DNA of 49,541 nt, from assembly GCA_003599635.1 (NCBI GenBank), contig QZIX01000014.1:1-49541 (forward strand). Reading direction: 5' to 3'. Origin of the DNA: Candidatus Parcubacteria bacterium (lineage in GTDB: Bacteria > Patescibacteriota > Patescibacteriia > Buchananbacterales > SURF-54). Within the stretch, counting starts at the first letter, position 1, and each line of letters opens with the position of its first letter. This document shows, piece by piece, positions 8,847-17,846 of this stretch. The position numbers and the translations under genes were made by a program. The notes beneath the pieces are model-generated. The model searched no databases. It saw only the letters and a program-made list of their open reading frames with translations, and was not told the DNA's origin.

Positions 8847-9910
8847 AGGCCGTGTTTTTTTGTTCTTATTATCTTAAGCGCTACTTCGGCCAGATTTTTT
8901 GCCCCTTCGGCTGACATTAATTTCGACACATTTCTGGACAAATTTATAAGCAAACTTTTGTCGCTTAAAATTCTTTCCAAAGCTGAAACGAAGGCAGTTT
9001 TGTCCAGTTCGTCTTCCTTAAGATATACCGCGGCATTGTTTTTATGAAAATAAAGGGCATTCTCTTCCTGATGGGAATTCGGCAGAGGTATGACAACGCA
9101 GGGTTTTTTTAATACGGCGGCTTCTGACAGAAGCGACATGCTGGCGCGGCAGACAATCAGATCGGCAGCTGCCATCATATCGTTTAATCCCCTCTGGACA
9201 AATTCATACTGCAAATAACGGCGGGAAAAAACTTTTACTGCCTTGCCCTTACCGGTAATGTGAATTACCTGACAGAAATTTGCCAGGTCGGCAATCGAAT
9301 CGTAAACAAGGTTATTTATGGCAGCTGAACCCGTACCTCCGCCCAGAATAAGTACCAAAGCCGCTGACGGATCCAAATTCAAATCCTGATAAACCTTTTC
9401 CTTGAAACCTGACAGAATTTCTTTTCTGACGGGATTGCCGGTAAGAACCGCCTCCTTAAAATCTGAAAAAGATTTTTCAAAGGTAACGGTAACTGTTTCA
9501 GCGAAAGGCGCCATAAGTTTATTCGCCAGCCCGGGCCTGATATCCTGCTGATGGCATAAGCTTGGTATTTTTAAAAAATATGCCGCCCAAACCAACGGCA
9601 CGCTGACAAATCCCCCTGCCGTAATGACCAAATCCGGCTTGTGCTTTTTTAAAAATTTTACAGATTGGAAAAATCCCGCCAGTATTTTAAAAAAATCAAA
9701 AAAATTCTGCCAGGAAAAATACCTTCTCAGTTTCCCTGAAGATATGGAATAAAAATCTATTCCGTAATTTGAAACGAATTCACGTTCCTGACCATTTTTT
9801 GTGCCGACCCAAACGAATTCGGCCGGATTTTTGCCTGAAATTTCCTGATACAGGGCAATTAAAGGTGAGACTGATCCGAACGTCCCGCCGCCTGATAAGA
9901 TAATTTTCAT
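8843..9910 (-). CDS. murG: Lipid II GlcNAc transferase MurG
   Basis: SGGGTFGSVSP (variant of GGTGGH), GKLRRY, AGGFVSVP, HQQD..PGLAN, TGNPVR, LGGGTGS, HQEENA. Confidence 0.93.
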   Translation of the reverse strand: MKIILSGGGTFGSVSPLIALYQEISGKNPAEFVWVGTKNGQEREFVSNYGIDFYSISSGKLRRYFSWQNFFDFFKILAGFFQSVKFLKKHKPDLVITAGGFVSVPLVWAAYFLKIPSLCHQQDIRPGLANKLMAPFAETVTVTFEKSFSDFKEAVLTGNPVRKEILSGFKEKVYQDLNLDPSAALVLILGGGTGSAAINNLVYDSIADLANFCQVIHITGKGKAVKVFSRRYLQYEFVQRGLNDMMAAADLIVCRASMSLLSEAAVLKKPCVVIPLPNSHQEENALYFHKNNAAVYLKEDELDKTAFVSALERILSDKSLLINLSRNVSKLMSAEGAKNLAEVALKIIRTKKHGL

Positions 9911-9913
9911 AAT

Positions 9914-10315
9914 TTATAATCCCAATTTTATGCCGTTGTCTATGACATGACCGTATTCATCCAAAAAAATGATATTTTTTACCTTTTTTTGCAAAAAAAG
10001 CTGACACTGATTTTTTGGCATCCTGTCAGTTTCCTCAAACGGCTGATGAACCACATCAACCGCCCAGCCGGGAACTATCTCTTCAGACAAACACGGGCGA
10101 TTTTCCAAATCGTAACCGCTTTTTAATCTAGCGTCAAGCAGAATTCTAGCCTGGTTAATGGCGTTAAGCTTATGGCTTTTAATTTCATTGATTTTGGTTT
10201 CAGCCTCGAAAACAGCGCGTCTTACACCTTCCTTGATAATGGAAACATTGGCATAGTATAAAATAGCGACTCCGGCAACAATGACTATAAAATAACTTAT
10301 CAGCTTTTTTATCAT
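9914..10315 (-). CDS. Hypothetical membrane-anchored protein with two Cys
   Basis: N-terminal TM helix, then GYDLENRPCLSEEI..WAVDVVHQP...MPKNQC; 4-nt overlap with ftsW and 3-nt gap to murG. Confidence 0.7.
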   Translation of the reverse strand: MIKKLISYFIVIVAGVAILYYANVSIIKEGVRRAVFEAETKINEIKSHKLNAINQARILLDARLKSGYDLENRPCLSEEIVPGWAVDVVHQPFEETDRMPKNQCQLFLQKKVKNIIFLDEYGHVIDNGIKLGL

Positions 10316-11448
10316 AGCTGTTTGTTAAATTTGGAAATATTTAAAAGCAGCCCCGATGCCGCCATTAACGACATCAAAGAAGTGCCGCCGTAGCTGATAA
10401 AAGGAAGGGGTACCCCGGTTAACGGCGCCAAACCGATTATGGCGGCAATATTGATAAAAGCCTGAAAGGTTATCCAGGAAATAATCCCGACTACCAGGAA
10501 TTGACCGAATTTGTCAGCCGTTCTTTTGGCCAGCATTAATCCTTTAAACATTAACAAAAAATAACATAAAATTAAAAGCGCTGAAAAAATAAATCCTGTC
10601 TCTTCGCTGATAACGGCAAAAATGGAATCTCCGGTCACTTCGGGCAGGTAGGAAAATTTCTGAATAGACTTGCCAAGCCCCCGCCCCAGCCAGCCGCCTG
10701 AACCGACCGCTATTTTTGCCTGATTAATGTGGTAGCCGGTCTGATATGGATCAGTGTCGGGATTTAAAAATGTCGTTAACCGGTCCAGCCTGTAAGGCGC
10801 CTGCAGAATCAAGAGCAAAAAAATCAGGGCTGCCCCTAAACAGATAAAACCGATATGGGTGAGCTTTCCCCCGGCAGCGAAAAACAGCGACATGGCAATA
10901 GCGACAATTATTATAGCCGTACCGATATCCGGCTGCAAAACAACCAAAGTCAGAATAAACGCCAGTAAGGATATAAAAGGAACAAAGCTTAAACCGATAT
11001 GTCCCAATTCCTGTTTTTCTTTCAGCGAAAACCAGCCGGCTAAATAAAGAATCAGACAAAATTTTACTATTTCGGACGGCTGAAACGAAATCCCGAAAAT
11101 ATTAATCCAGCTTCTGGCTGTGCCGAAAGAAGAACCGATTTTAGGCAAAAAAACGGCCAGAAGCAAAACTAGGCTTACACCCAGAATTATCAGGCTCCAT
11201 TTTTTCCAGACGTGATAATCCAGCCGGAAAAACAGATAAAAGAAAAACAAACCTGGCAGAAATCCAAAAGTAATTTGATGCAGCAAAAGATAATAAGTTC
11301 CGCCGTAATTTTTATAGCTGGAAATACTTGAGGCAGAAGAAAGAAATACCAGTCCGGCAAAAACCATAAAACAAATCAGCCCCGACAAAAAATAATCAGG
11401 CGGCGGATTGAATATGCCCGCTATCAGATTTTTAAAATTTCTTCTCAT
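10312..11448 (-). CDS. ftsW: SEDS family peptidoglycan polymerase FtsW
   Basis: SSAS, ARSWI..FGISFQPSE..K, LQPDIGT, YRLDRL..FLNP, GYHINQA..AVGSGG..G.G, LPEVTGDSIFA..EE.G, GVPLPFISYGG. Confidence 0.93.
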   Translation of the reverse strand: MRRNFKNLIAGIFNPPPDYFLSGLICFMVFAGLVFLSSASSISSYKNYGGTYYLLLHQITFGFLPGLFFFYLFFRLDYHVWKKWSLIILGVSLVLLLAVFLPKIGSSFGTARSWINIFGISFQPSEIVKFCLILYLAGWFSLKEKQELGHIGLSFVPFISLLAFILTLVVLQPDIGTAIIIVAIAMSLFFAAGGKLTHIGFICLGAALIFLLLILQAPYRLDRLTTFLNPDTDPYQTGYHINQAKIAVGSGGWLGRGLGKSIQKFSYLPEVTGDSIFAVISEETGFIFSALLILCYFLLMFKGLMLAKRTADKFGQFLVVGIISWITFQAFINIAAIIGLAPLTGVPLPFISYGGTSLMSLMAASGLLLNISKFNKQL

Positions 11449-12836
11449 TTGCGCGTTAAGATTTTTTTAAACTGCCTGCCGCGGTCGAATTCATTGGCAA
11501 ATAGACCGAAACTGGCGCAGGCCGGCGACAATAGCACAATATCGCCCTCAACTGCGGCTTGTCTGGCATAAGACAGCGCCCTGCGCATGGTTGCGACATT
11601 GCCGATAATTCGTTTATACCCGACCCGTAAAAGAGATTTTCTGATTTTTATGCTGCCTTCGCCTTTAAACAGAATAACTCGCTTGCACGATTTTTTTATT
11701 TCGTACGCCAGATTTTGAAACTTTAATTTTTTGTCTGATCCGCCCGCAATTAAAATTACCCGCTTTGGCGGAAATGTTTTAAGCGCGGCAATAGCGGCTT
11801 CGGGCGTGGTGGATGTCGTATCGTTAACGAATGTGATGCCGTTTTCTTTCTGCACAACTTCCAGCCGTCCGCCCAGGCCGGAAAAACTTTTTAACCCCCT
11901 TGCTATCTGTGAATTGTTTAAATTCAAAATTTTGGCAACAGCCAGAGCTGCCATGGCGTTTTCAATATTATGACTGCCTTTAAGCCGCAAAACTTTTATC
12001 GATACAATTTTACTGCTTTTTTTATTCTGTTGCCAGAAAAAATTTCCGTTGTGAAAATAAATTCCGTCTTGAATCATCTTGTTTTTTGAAAACCAGATTT
12101 TCTTTGAATCGTATTTCTTTTCCAGATTTGCCAGCAAAGCACAATCTTTGTTAAGTATTGCAAAATCGGAAGAATCCTGATACTGCATTATGTTTTTTTT
12201 GGCCTGGTAATAACGGTTAAGCGTGCTGTAACGATTCAGATGATCAGGCATTAGATTGGTTATTACCGCCAAAAAAGGACTTACCCTTGACGCCTGCAAG
12301 CGTTCCAGATGCCAGGAAGAAAGTTCCAGAATAACCATTTCATTTTTATTGATCTTTTCGACCGCCTCAAGCATGGGCAGTTTTGCAATATTTCCGGCTA
12401 AAAGAATATTTTTGTATTTTTGACAGAGAATTTTCTGGATTAATGTGCTGACAGTTGATTTTCCCCTGGTCCCGGTTACGGCGATTATTTTTTTCGGATT
12501 ATGCAGCTTAAAAAACAGCGTGGCTTCATTTTCAATCTGGGCACCAGACGATCTGGCGATTTTTAAAAATTTTGAATCGTTCGGGACAGCCGGATTCTGC
12601 ACCACAAGATCATAACCGACAAAATCCCTGCGTTTATGTTTGCCAAAAATGAATTTTATAGGTAAACCCTTCAACTTCATCATACTTTCACTGAGCTGTC
12701 GTTTCGACTTCAAATCAGCGACCGTGACTTTGGCGCCGTTTTTTGAAAACCATGAGGCGACAGCCGCTCCCCCGCCGCAGATGCCAAGCCCCATAACCAG
12801 AACTTTTTTATTTTTATAAAATTCCTTTAAAATCAT
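11445..12836 (-). CDS. murD: UDP-MurNAc-L-Ala--D-Glu ligase
   Basis: VMGLG..GGG, VTGTRGKSTV, ELSSWHL, NLMPDHLNRY, GRLE, NDTTSTTP, IAGGSDK, LLSPACASF..F.NEFDRG. Confidence 0.96.
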   Translation of the reverse strand: MILKEFYKNKKVLVMGLGICGGGAAVASWFSKNGAKVTVADLKSKRQLSESMMKLKGLPIKFIFGKHKRRDFVGYDLVVQNPAVPNDSKFLKIARSSGAQIENEATLFFKLHNPKKIIAVTGTRGKSTVSTLIQKILCQKYKNILLAGNIAKLPMLEAVEKINKNEMVILELSSWHLERLQASRVSPFLAVITNLMPDHLNRYSTLNRYYQAKKNIMQYQDSSDFAILNKDCALLANLEKKYDSKKIWFSKNKMIQDGIYFHNGNFFWQQNKKSSKIVSIKVLRLKGSHNIENAMAALAVAKILNLNNSQIARGLKSFSGLGGRLEVVQKENGITFVNDTTSTTPEAAIAALKTFPPKRVILIAGGSDKKLKFQNLAYEIKKSCKRVILFKGEGSIKIRKSLLRVGYKRIIGNVATMRRALSYARQAAVEGDIVLLSPACASFGLFANEFDRGRQFKKILTRK

Positions 12837-13531
12837 TTTTTCATCCCCAAAAATGCCGCCTGGGCCGTTATTGTTTTTTTCCCTTCCCGGCGGAAAGAAA
12901 AATATTTTTTACTCAAACAATAGGTGCAGTCAGAGGAAACTTCTATTTTTTTTGTGTCCGCCCTGGCGGACAGCAGCTGGGATTTGGCGGCATTTTTTAA
13001 ATCGATAAATAATTTATTGCTTCTTTTGGTTATTAAACTGGCGGGAAATAATCCGGCAACGGCCGGTCTGACTTCGAAATGACATTTTGAAATAGACGGA
13101 CCGATGTAAAAAATTAAATTTTCCGGCCTGATGCCGTATTTCATGCAAATCTTTTTCACTGCCTTTTTTAAAATTGATTTCGCCAGACCTTTCCAGCCGG
13201 CATGAACCAGAGCGATTATTTTCCTTTGCGGTTCAAAAAACATTACCGGCACGCAATCAGCAACAGTAACCATTAAATAAATGTTTCTTTTTGAGCTGAC
13301 CAGACAGTCGCCAGGATAATTTTTTTTATTTTTATCGATAAAGACAATATCAGATCCGTTCTGGATTCCGGCTTTGACGATTCTTGCAGGGTCGATTTTC
13401 AATTTTTTGGCCAGCCGTTTTGAATTTTTTTTATATTCTGCCGGTTCCTTGAAATCCCCCCAGCTTCTGGTCGTTATCCCGCATATCAGCGACTTATATT
13501 TGGAAAAAATTTTTGGCCTGACTATTTCCAT
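12833..13531 (-). CDS. pgeF: PgeF/YfiH family protein (peptidoglycan editing factor, laccase-like fold)
   Basis: GDCLV, VADCVPV, HAGWKG, IGPSISKCHFEV, CTYC...YFSFRR. The usual first His (Q.H) appears as IQNG. Confidence 0.88.
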   Translation of the reverse strand: MEIVRPKIFSKYKSLICGITTRSWGDFKEPAEYKKNSKRLAKKLKIDPARIVKAGIQNGSDIVFIDKNKKNYPGDCLVSSKRNIYLMVTVADCVPVMFFEPQRKIIALVHAGWKGLAKSILKKAVKKICMKYGIRPENLIFYIGPSISKCHFEVRPAVAGLFPASLITKRSNKLFIDLKNAAKSQLLSARADTKKIEVSSDCTYCLSKKYFSFRREGKKTITAQAAFLGMKK

Positions 13532-14572
13532 CTAACTGCGGTCTAATAAAAATAAAATTAATCCTAAAACCGCTGACACACCCGATATTACCCAAAAACG
13601 CATGACGATTTTTGGTTCTGACCAGCCGATCGCCTGAAGATGATGATGTATCGGAGAGGAAATGAAGATTTTCTTTTTTCGCAGAAGTTTTGACAGCCAT
13701 TGCACGATAACCGAAAGCGACTCAATAACAAAAATCAGACCTATTAAAGGCAAAAGCAAAGAGGCATCGGTTAACATCGCTATCACGCCCAAGGTAACGC
13801 CCAAAGACATCGCCCCGGTGTCTCCCATAATAAAACGCGCCGGATTTATATTGAACCATAAAAACGCCAGCAACGCCCCGATTATAACAGCGCAAAATGA
13901 AGCCAGGTCATAACGCCCCTTGGCAAAAGCAATGGCGCTGAAAGCGGCAAAGGAAAAAAGCAGGGCGCCCCCAGCCAATCCGTCAAGACCGTCGGTTTCA
14001 TTGACCGAAAAAGCAGTGGCGACAATAACGAATATAAAAAATGGAATGTACCACAGGCCAAGTTCAAAATTGCCGTAAAAAGGCACATAAAGAGTTGTCC
14101 ATTCAAGCTTGAAAAAAAACCACCAGGCGCCGACAATGGCGATGATGGCGTAAATAATAAATCTGTGCCTCATCCTCAGGCCGCCGCCGTTATGGCCCAG
14201 GCGGAGAATGTCAAAAAGGTCGTCTATCAACCCTACGATTGCCGACGCCACCAAAGCTCCCAAAGGCAGAAGCGTTTCTTTGCGTGACAAAAAATTCAGA
14301 TCCGTAAATATGCCGTTAAACAATTCAGACAAAATAAAAAAAGTTACGGCAAAAGCCAGGGTAGTAAGCCAAATTAACACACCGCCCATAGTCGGCGTTC
14401 CTTTTTTTTCCTTATGAAATTTGTAAAATACCGGGGCTGTTTTTTCATCCCTGATCTGCTTGCCCAATTTATATTTGTAAAGTATGTGCGTCAAAGCCGG
14501 CGTCCAAAGCATGGTTACCACGAAAGAAAGCGTAGCCAAAAGAAATATTTTTACAATATAATAATTCGTCAT
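13532..14572 (-). CDS. mraY: Phospho-MurNAc-pentapeptide transferase
   Basis: KKGTPTMGG, VGLIDD, NETDGLDGLA, FNINPA.F.MGDTGA, PIHHHLQ..GW.E.KIV.RFW. Confidence 0.97.
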   Translation of the reverse strand: MTNYYIVKIFLLATLSFVVTMLWTPALTHILYKYKLGKQIRDEKTAPVFYKFHKEKKGTPTMGGVLIWLTTLAFAVTFFILSELFNGIFTDLNFLSRKETLLPLGALVASAIVGLIDDLFDILRLGHNGGGLRMRHRFIIYAIIAIVGAWWFFFKLEWTTLYVPFYGNFELGLWYIPFFIFVIVATAFSVNETDGLDGLAGGALLFSFAAFSAIAFAKGRYDLASFCAVIIGALLAFLWFNINPARFIMGDTGAMSLGVTLGVIAMLTDASLLLPLIGLIFVIESLSVIVQWLSKLLRKKKIFISSPIHHHLQAIGWSEPKIVMRFWVISGVSAVLGLILFLLDRS

Positions 14573-14575
14573 AGA

Positions 14576-14950
14576 CTAACTTTTTATGCTTAAAACCAGA
14601 AATGTCGCTCCCAGCAAGATTGCCTGGTAAAACAAAATAAAAAAATTTAAAAAATAAAACGGCAGATCAGCTTTTAAACGGATCAGCCGTGCCAGAAAAT
14701 AATTTATTAATATTATAACTGCTCCGACAGCAGGTAAAATAAAGTAATTTTTTACCTCTCCGAAGTAATCTATCCCAAAATAAATGTTATAATGAAGCGC
14801 CGCCTGCTGCTCTCCTTTTAAAAACCTGACGTAAACAATTACCCAATTAATAAGATTAAGCAATAAACTCAGGATGATGATATTTCTTATTCTGGAGGCG
14901 AAATTTTTTAAATAATCTAAAATTTTAACCATACCTTTTACCTTTATCAT
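14576..14950 (-). CDS. Hypothetical membrane protein (about 3 TM helices)
   Basis: Hydrophobic helices around ALHYNIYFGIDYFG; 3 nt upstream of mraY; alternative start at 14932. Confidence 0.7.
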   Translation of the reverse strand: MIKVKGMVKILDYLKNFASRIRNIIILSLLLNLINWVIVYVRFLKGEQQAALHYNIYFGIDYFGEVKNYFILPAVGAVIILINYFLARLIRLKADLPFYFLNFFILFYQAILLGATFLVLSIKS

Positions 14951-14997
14951 ACTAAAAAATCCGGTTTTTGTCCATAATAGCGGATAATTAATTTTTA

Positions 14998-15006
14998 TGA
15001 TATAAT
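14998..15006 (+). promoter_or_regulatory. Extended -10 element for the pil operon
   Basis: TGATATAAT (TGn-TATAAT) ending 9 nt before the pilB ATG; no SD sequence. Confidence 0.55.
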
Positions 15007-15015
15007 AATTACACT

Positions 15016-16749
15016 ATGTTGTCACAAAATCAGCTTGAAGAAATCTTAATTAAGGAAAAGGTTCTGTCTCAAAATGAGCTGGATCTTAACCTTAAAGAAT
15101 CTGTCAAGGAAAACCTCGGGCTTGAGGAATATTTAAAATTAAAAAAACTCGCCTCGGAAGACGAAATTTACAAAGCCGCTGCCAAACACTTTAATGTTCC
15201 TTTTGTGGAACTAAAGAATTTAAACATCCGAAAGGATATTCTGTTTCTTATACCCGAACCTCTGGCGCAGACTCATAAGATTATTGCTTTTGATAAAGAT
15301 GAAAAAGTTTTGAAAATTGCCGCCCTGGATCCGCAGGACCTTGAAATTTTTGAATTTTTAAGAAAAAAAACGGATCTGTCCATAATGATTCACCTGACAA
15401 CGCCGGAAAACATCAAGGAAGTATTAAAACAGTACCACAAAGGGCTTAAAGCCGAATTTAAAGATCTGACCAAAGAAGACAGTCAGAAAACTAACGCCAA
15501 AACCGGCGAAAAATTAAAAGAACTGGCTCAAGACCTGCCTGTAATCAGAATAGTTGATACCCTTCTGGAATATGCAATTTTTGAAAATGCTTCCGATATA
15601 CATATCGAACCGCTGGAAAAGGAAGTCAATGTAAGATACAGGATTGACGGTTTACTAAAAAATGTCATGACCTTACCTAAATCTGTTCATGCCGGGGTTA
15701 TTGCCAGAATCAAGATTTTATCACGGCTGAAACTCGACGAACACAGGCTGCCGCAGGACGGCCGCTTCAAAGTCGTCAATCCTGAATATAAAGTTTCTTT
15801 CCGGGTATCTATCGTTCCAACCTTTGACGGCGAAAAAGCCGTGCTCCGCCTGCTAAATGAAAAGAGCCAGCTGCTGACTTTGGAACAACTTGGTTTGCAG
15901 TCAAAAGCGTTTGAAATAATCAAAAGAAATATCGCCAAGCCGCACGGTATGATTTTGGTAACCGGACCGACCGGCTCAGGAAAAACGACCACTCTTTATA
16001 CGATCTTAAATATCTTAAACCAGCCCGAGGTCAACATCTGCACAATTGAGGATCCGATTGAATACAGAATGATAAATGTCAATCAAAGTCAGGTGAATCC
16101 GAAAATCGGCTTTACTTTCGCCTCCGGCCTCAGGGCGTTTTTGCGCCAGGATCCCGATATTATCATGGTCGGCGAAATACGCGACAATGAAACTGCCGAA
16201 ATTGCCATCCATGCTGCCATGACCGGCCATCTTGTGCTTTCCACCCTGCACACAAACGACGCTGTAACCACACTGCCACGCTTAAGCGACATGGGTGTTC
16301 CTTCTTTTCTGCTCGGAACCACAACTAATGTGATTATTGCCCAGCGCCTGGTCAGGAAAATCTGCACCGAATGCATCGAAAGCTATAGTCTGGACAAAGA
16401 AGCGGTAAAGCAGCTGGAAAAACAGGTGGACATTGAAAAAATCATGCACAAGCTGGAAAAAGAAAAGATAATCATCCCTGGAAAGCAGACAATAGGTAAT
16501 ATGCTTTTTTATCGCGGCAAGGGCTGCCGCCGCTGCAACAATGAAGGCTATAAAGGCAGAATCGGAATTTATGAAGTTTTGGAAATGACGGAAAACATCA
16601 TCGGCTTGATTTTGAAAAACGCACCAGAAGACAAACTTCGTGAAGCGGCGTCTGAACAAGGAATGTTAAGCATTATCGACGACGGCTTTATCAAAGCCAA
16701 AAACGGAATAACGACTCTGGAAGAAGTTCTGCGGGTAACCAAAGAATAG
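15016..16749 (+). CDS. pilB: Type IV pilus assembly ATPase (PilB/GspE)
   Basis: ASDIHIEP, RLPQDGRF, GPTGSGKTTTLY, TIEDPIEY, LRQDPDIIMVGEIRD, TGHLVLSTLHTN, Zn motif CTEC...GKGCRRC. Confidence 0.95.
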   Translation: MLSQNQLEEILIKEKVLSQNELDLNLKESVKENLGLEEYLKLKKLASEDEIYKAAAKHFNVPFVELKNLNIRKDILFLIPEPLAQTHKIIAFDKDEKVLKIAALDPQDLEIFEFLRKKTDLSIMIHLTTPENIKEVLKQYHKGLKAEFKDLTKEDSQKTNAKTGEKLKELAQDLPVIRIVDTLLEYAIFENASDIHIEPLEKEVNVRYRIDGLLKNVMTLPKSVHAGVIARIKILSRLKLDEHRLPQDGRFKVVNPEYKVSFRVSIVPTFDGEKAVLRLLNEKSQLLTLEQLGLQSKAFEIIKRNIAKPHGMILVTGPTGSGKTTTLYTILNILNQPEVNICTIEDPIEYRMINVNQSQVNPKIGFTFASGLRAFLRQDPDIIMVGEIRDNETAEIAIHAAMTGHLVLSTLHTNDAVTTLPRLSDMGVPSFLLGTTTNVIIAQRLVRKICTECIESYSLDKEAVKQLEKQVDIEKIMHKLEKEKIIIPGKQTIGNMLFYRGKGCRRCNNEGYKGRIGIYEVLEMTENIIGLILKNAPEDKLREAASEQGMLSIIDDGFIKAKNGITTLEEVLRVTKE

Positions 16750-16759
16750 CAAAATAAAA

Positions 16760-17842
16760 ATGAAAAAAATCTGGGAAAAAATAAAAAATTTTGTAATTAA
16801 ATATCAGGGCGTACCTGCTTCCCAAAAAATCTTTTTCGTCCAGCAGCTGGGGGTAATGATAAGAACCGGCATTTCTCTTTCCGCCGCTTTAACCACGCTC
16901 AACAAACAGGCCAGCAGCGGCAAGTTCAAGCGCATTTTAACTGATGTTAAGGAAGAAGTGGAAAAAGGCAATCTTTTATCCAAAGGGCTGGAAAGGTATT
17001 CCAAAATTTTCGGTGAACTTTTTATTAATATGATAAAAGCCGGGGAAACATCCGGAAAACTTGAGGAAGTTTTGAAACAGCTGTACATACAGATGAAAAA
17101 AGATCACGAAATAATGGGTAAAGTCAAAGGCGCGTTAATTTACCCTTCAATTGTCATTGTTATGATGTGCGTGATAGGTATATTGATGATGATCTATGTA
17201 ATCCCCAGCATCACCGGAATTTTCGAAGAAGTCAACGCGCAGTTGCCGCTGATGACCAGGATTTTGATCAGCATCAGCAAATTTATAACTCATAACGGCA
17301 TTTTAACGGCATCAGCTGCCGTTCTTTTAATTACGGGGTTCGTCAGATTTATCACCTGGCCCAAGGGCAAATTCCAATTTCATAAATTACTGCTTAAGAC
17401 GCCGATTGCCGGCAAAATAATAGTAAAGGTGAACCTGGCCCGTTTATGCCGGACACTTAGTTCCCTGCTAAAGACGGACATCCCTATAGTGCAGACTTTT
17501 TCGATTACCTCGCAGGTTTTAGGCAACATGATTTATCGGCAGGCGTTAGAAAAAGCCAAAGAACAGATAAAAAAGGGGGTCAGTATAGAAGAATGCCTGA
17601 ATGGCTATCCCAAACTTTTTCCTCCGGTATTTTTACAAATGGTCGCTGTCGGTGAAGATACCGGATCACTGGATGACATTTTGGAAGAATCGGCCATTTT
17701 TTACGAAGATGAGGTCAGCCAAACTATGAGCAATCTTCCTTCCATAATTGAACCGGTATTGATGGTAATTTTAGGTATCGGCGTTGCAGCCATGGCTGTG
17801 GCGGTCATAATGCCGATGTACAGCTTGTCACAAACACTATAA
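16760..17842 (+). CDS. pilC: Type IV pilus platform protein (PilC/GspF)
   Basis: Two T2SSF-like halves, MIKAGETSGKLEE, ALIYP, QMVAVGEDTGSLD, IIEPVLMV..G..V....AVIMPMY. Confidence 0.93.
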   Translation: MKKIWEKIKNFVIKYQGVPASQKIFFVQQLGVMIRTGISLSAALTTLNKQASSGKFKRILTDVKEEVEKGNLLSKGLERYSKIFGELFINMIKAGETSGKLEEVLKQLYIQMKKDHEIMGKVKGALIYPSIVIVMMCVIGILMMIYVIPSITGIFEEVNAQLPLMTRILISISKFITHNGILTASAAVLLITGFVRFITWPKGKFQFHKLLLKTPIAGKIIVKVNLARLCRTLSSLLKTDIPIVQTFSITSQVLGNMIYRQALEKAKEQIKKGVSIEECLNGYPKLFPPVFLQMVAVGEDTGSLDDILEESAIFYEDEVSQTMSNLPSIIEPVLMVILGIGVAAMAVAVIMPMYSLSQTL

Positions 17843-17846
17843 AAAT

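Noticed and set aside
8843-9910. MurG inactivation (GGTFGS instead of GGTGGH)
   Set aside because: All other motifs are intact, the gene is in its normal context, and I recall this variant from other CPR MurG proteins.
15016-15180. MshEN c-di-GMP-binding motif in PilB
   Set aside because: The helical spacing is similar but the RLG and conserved Gly residues are missing.
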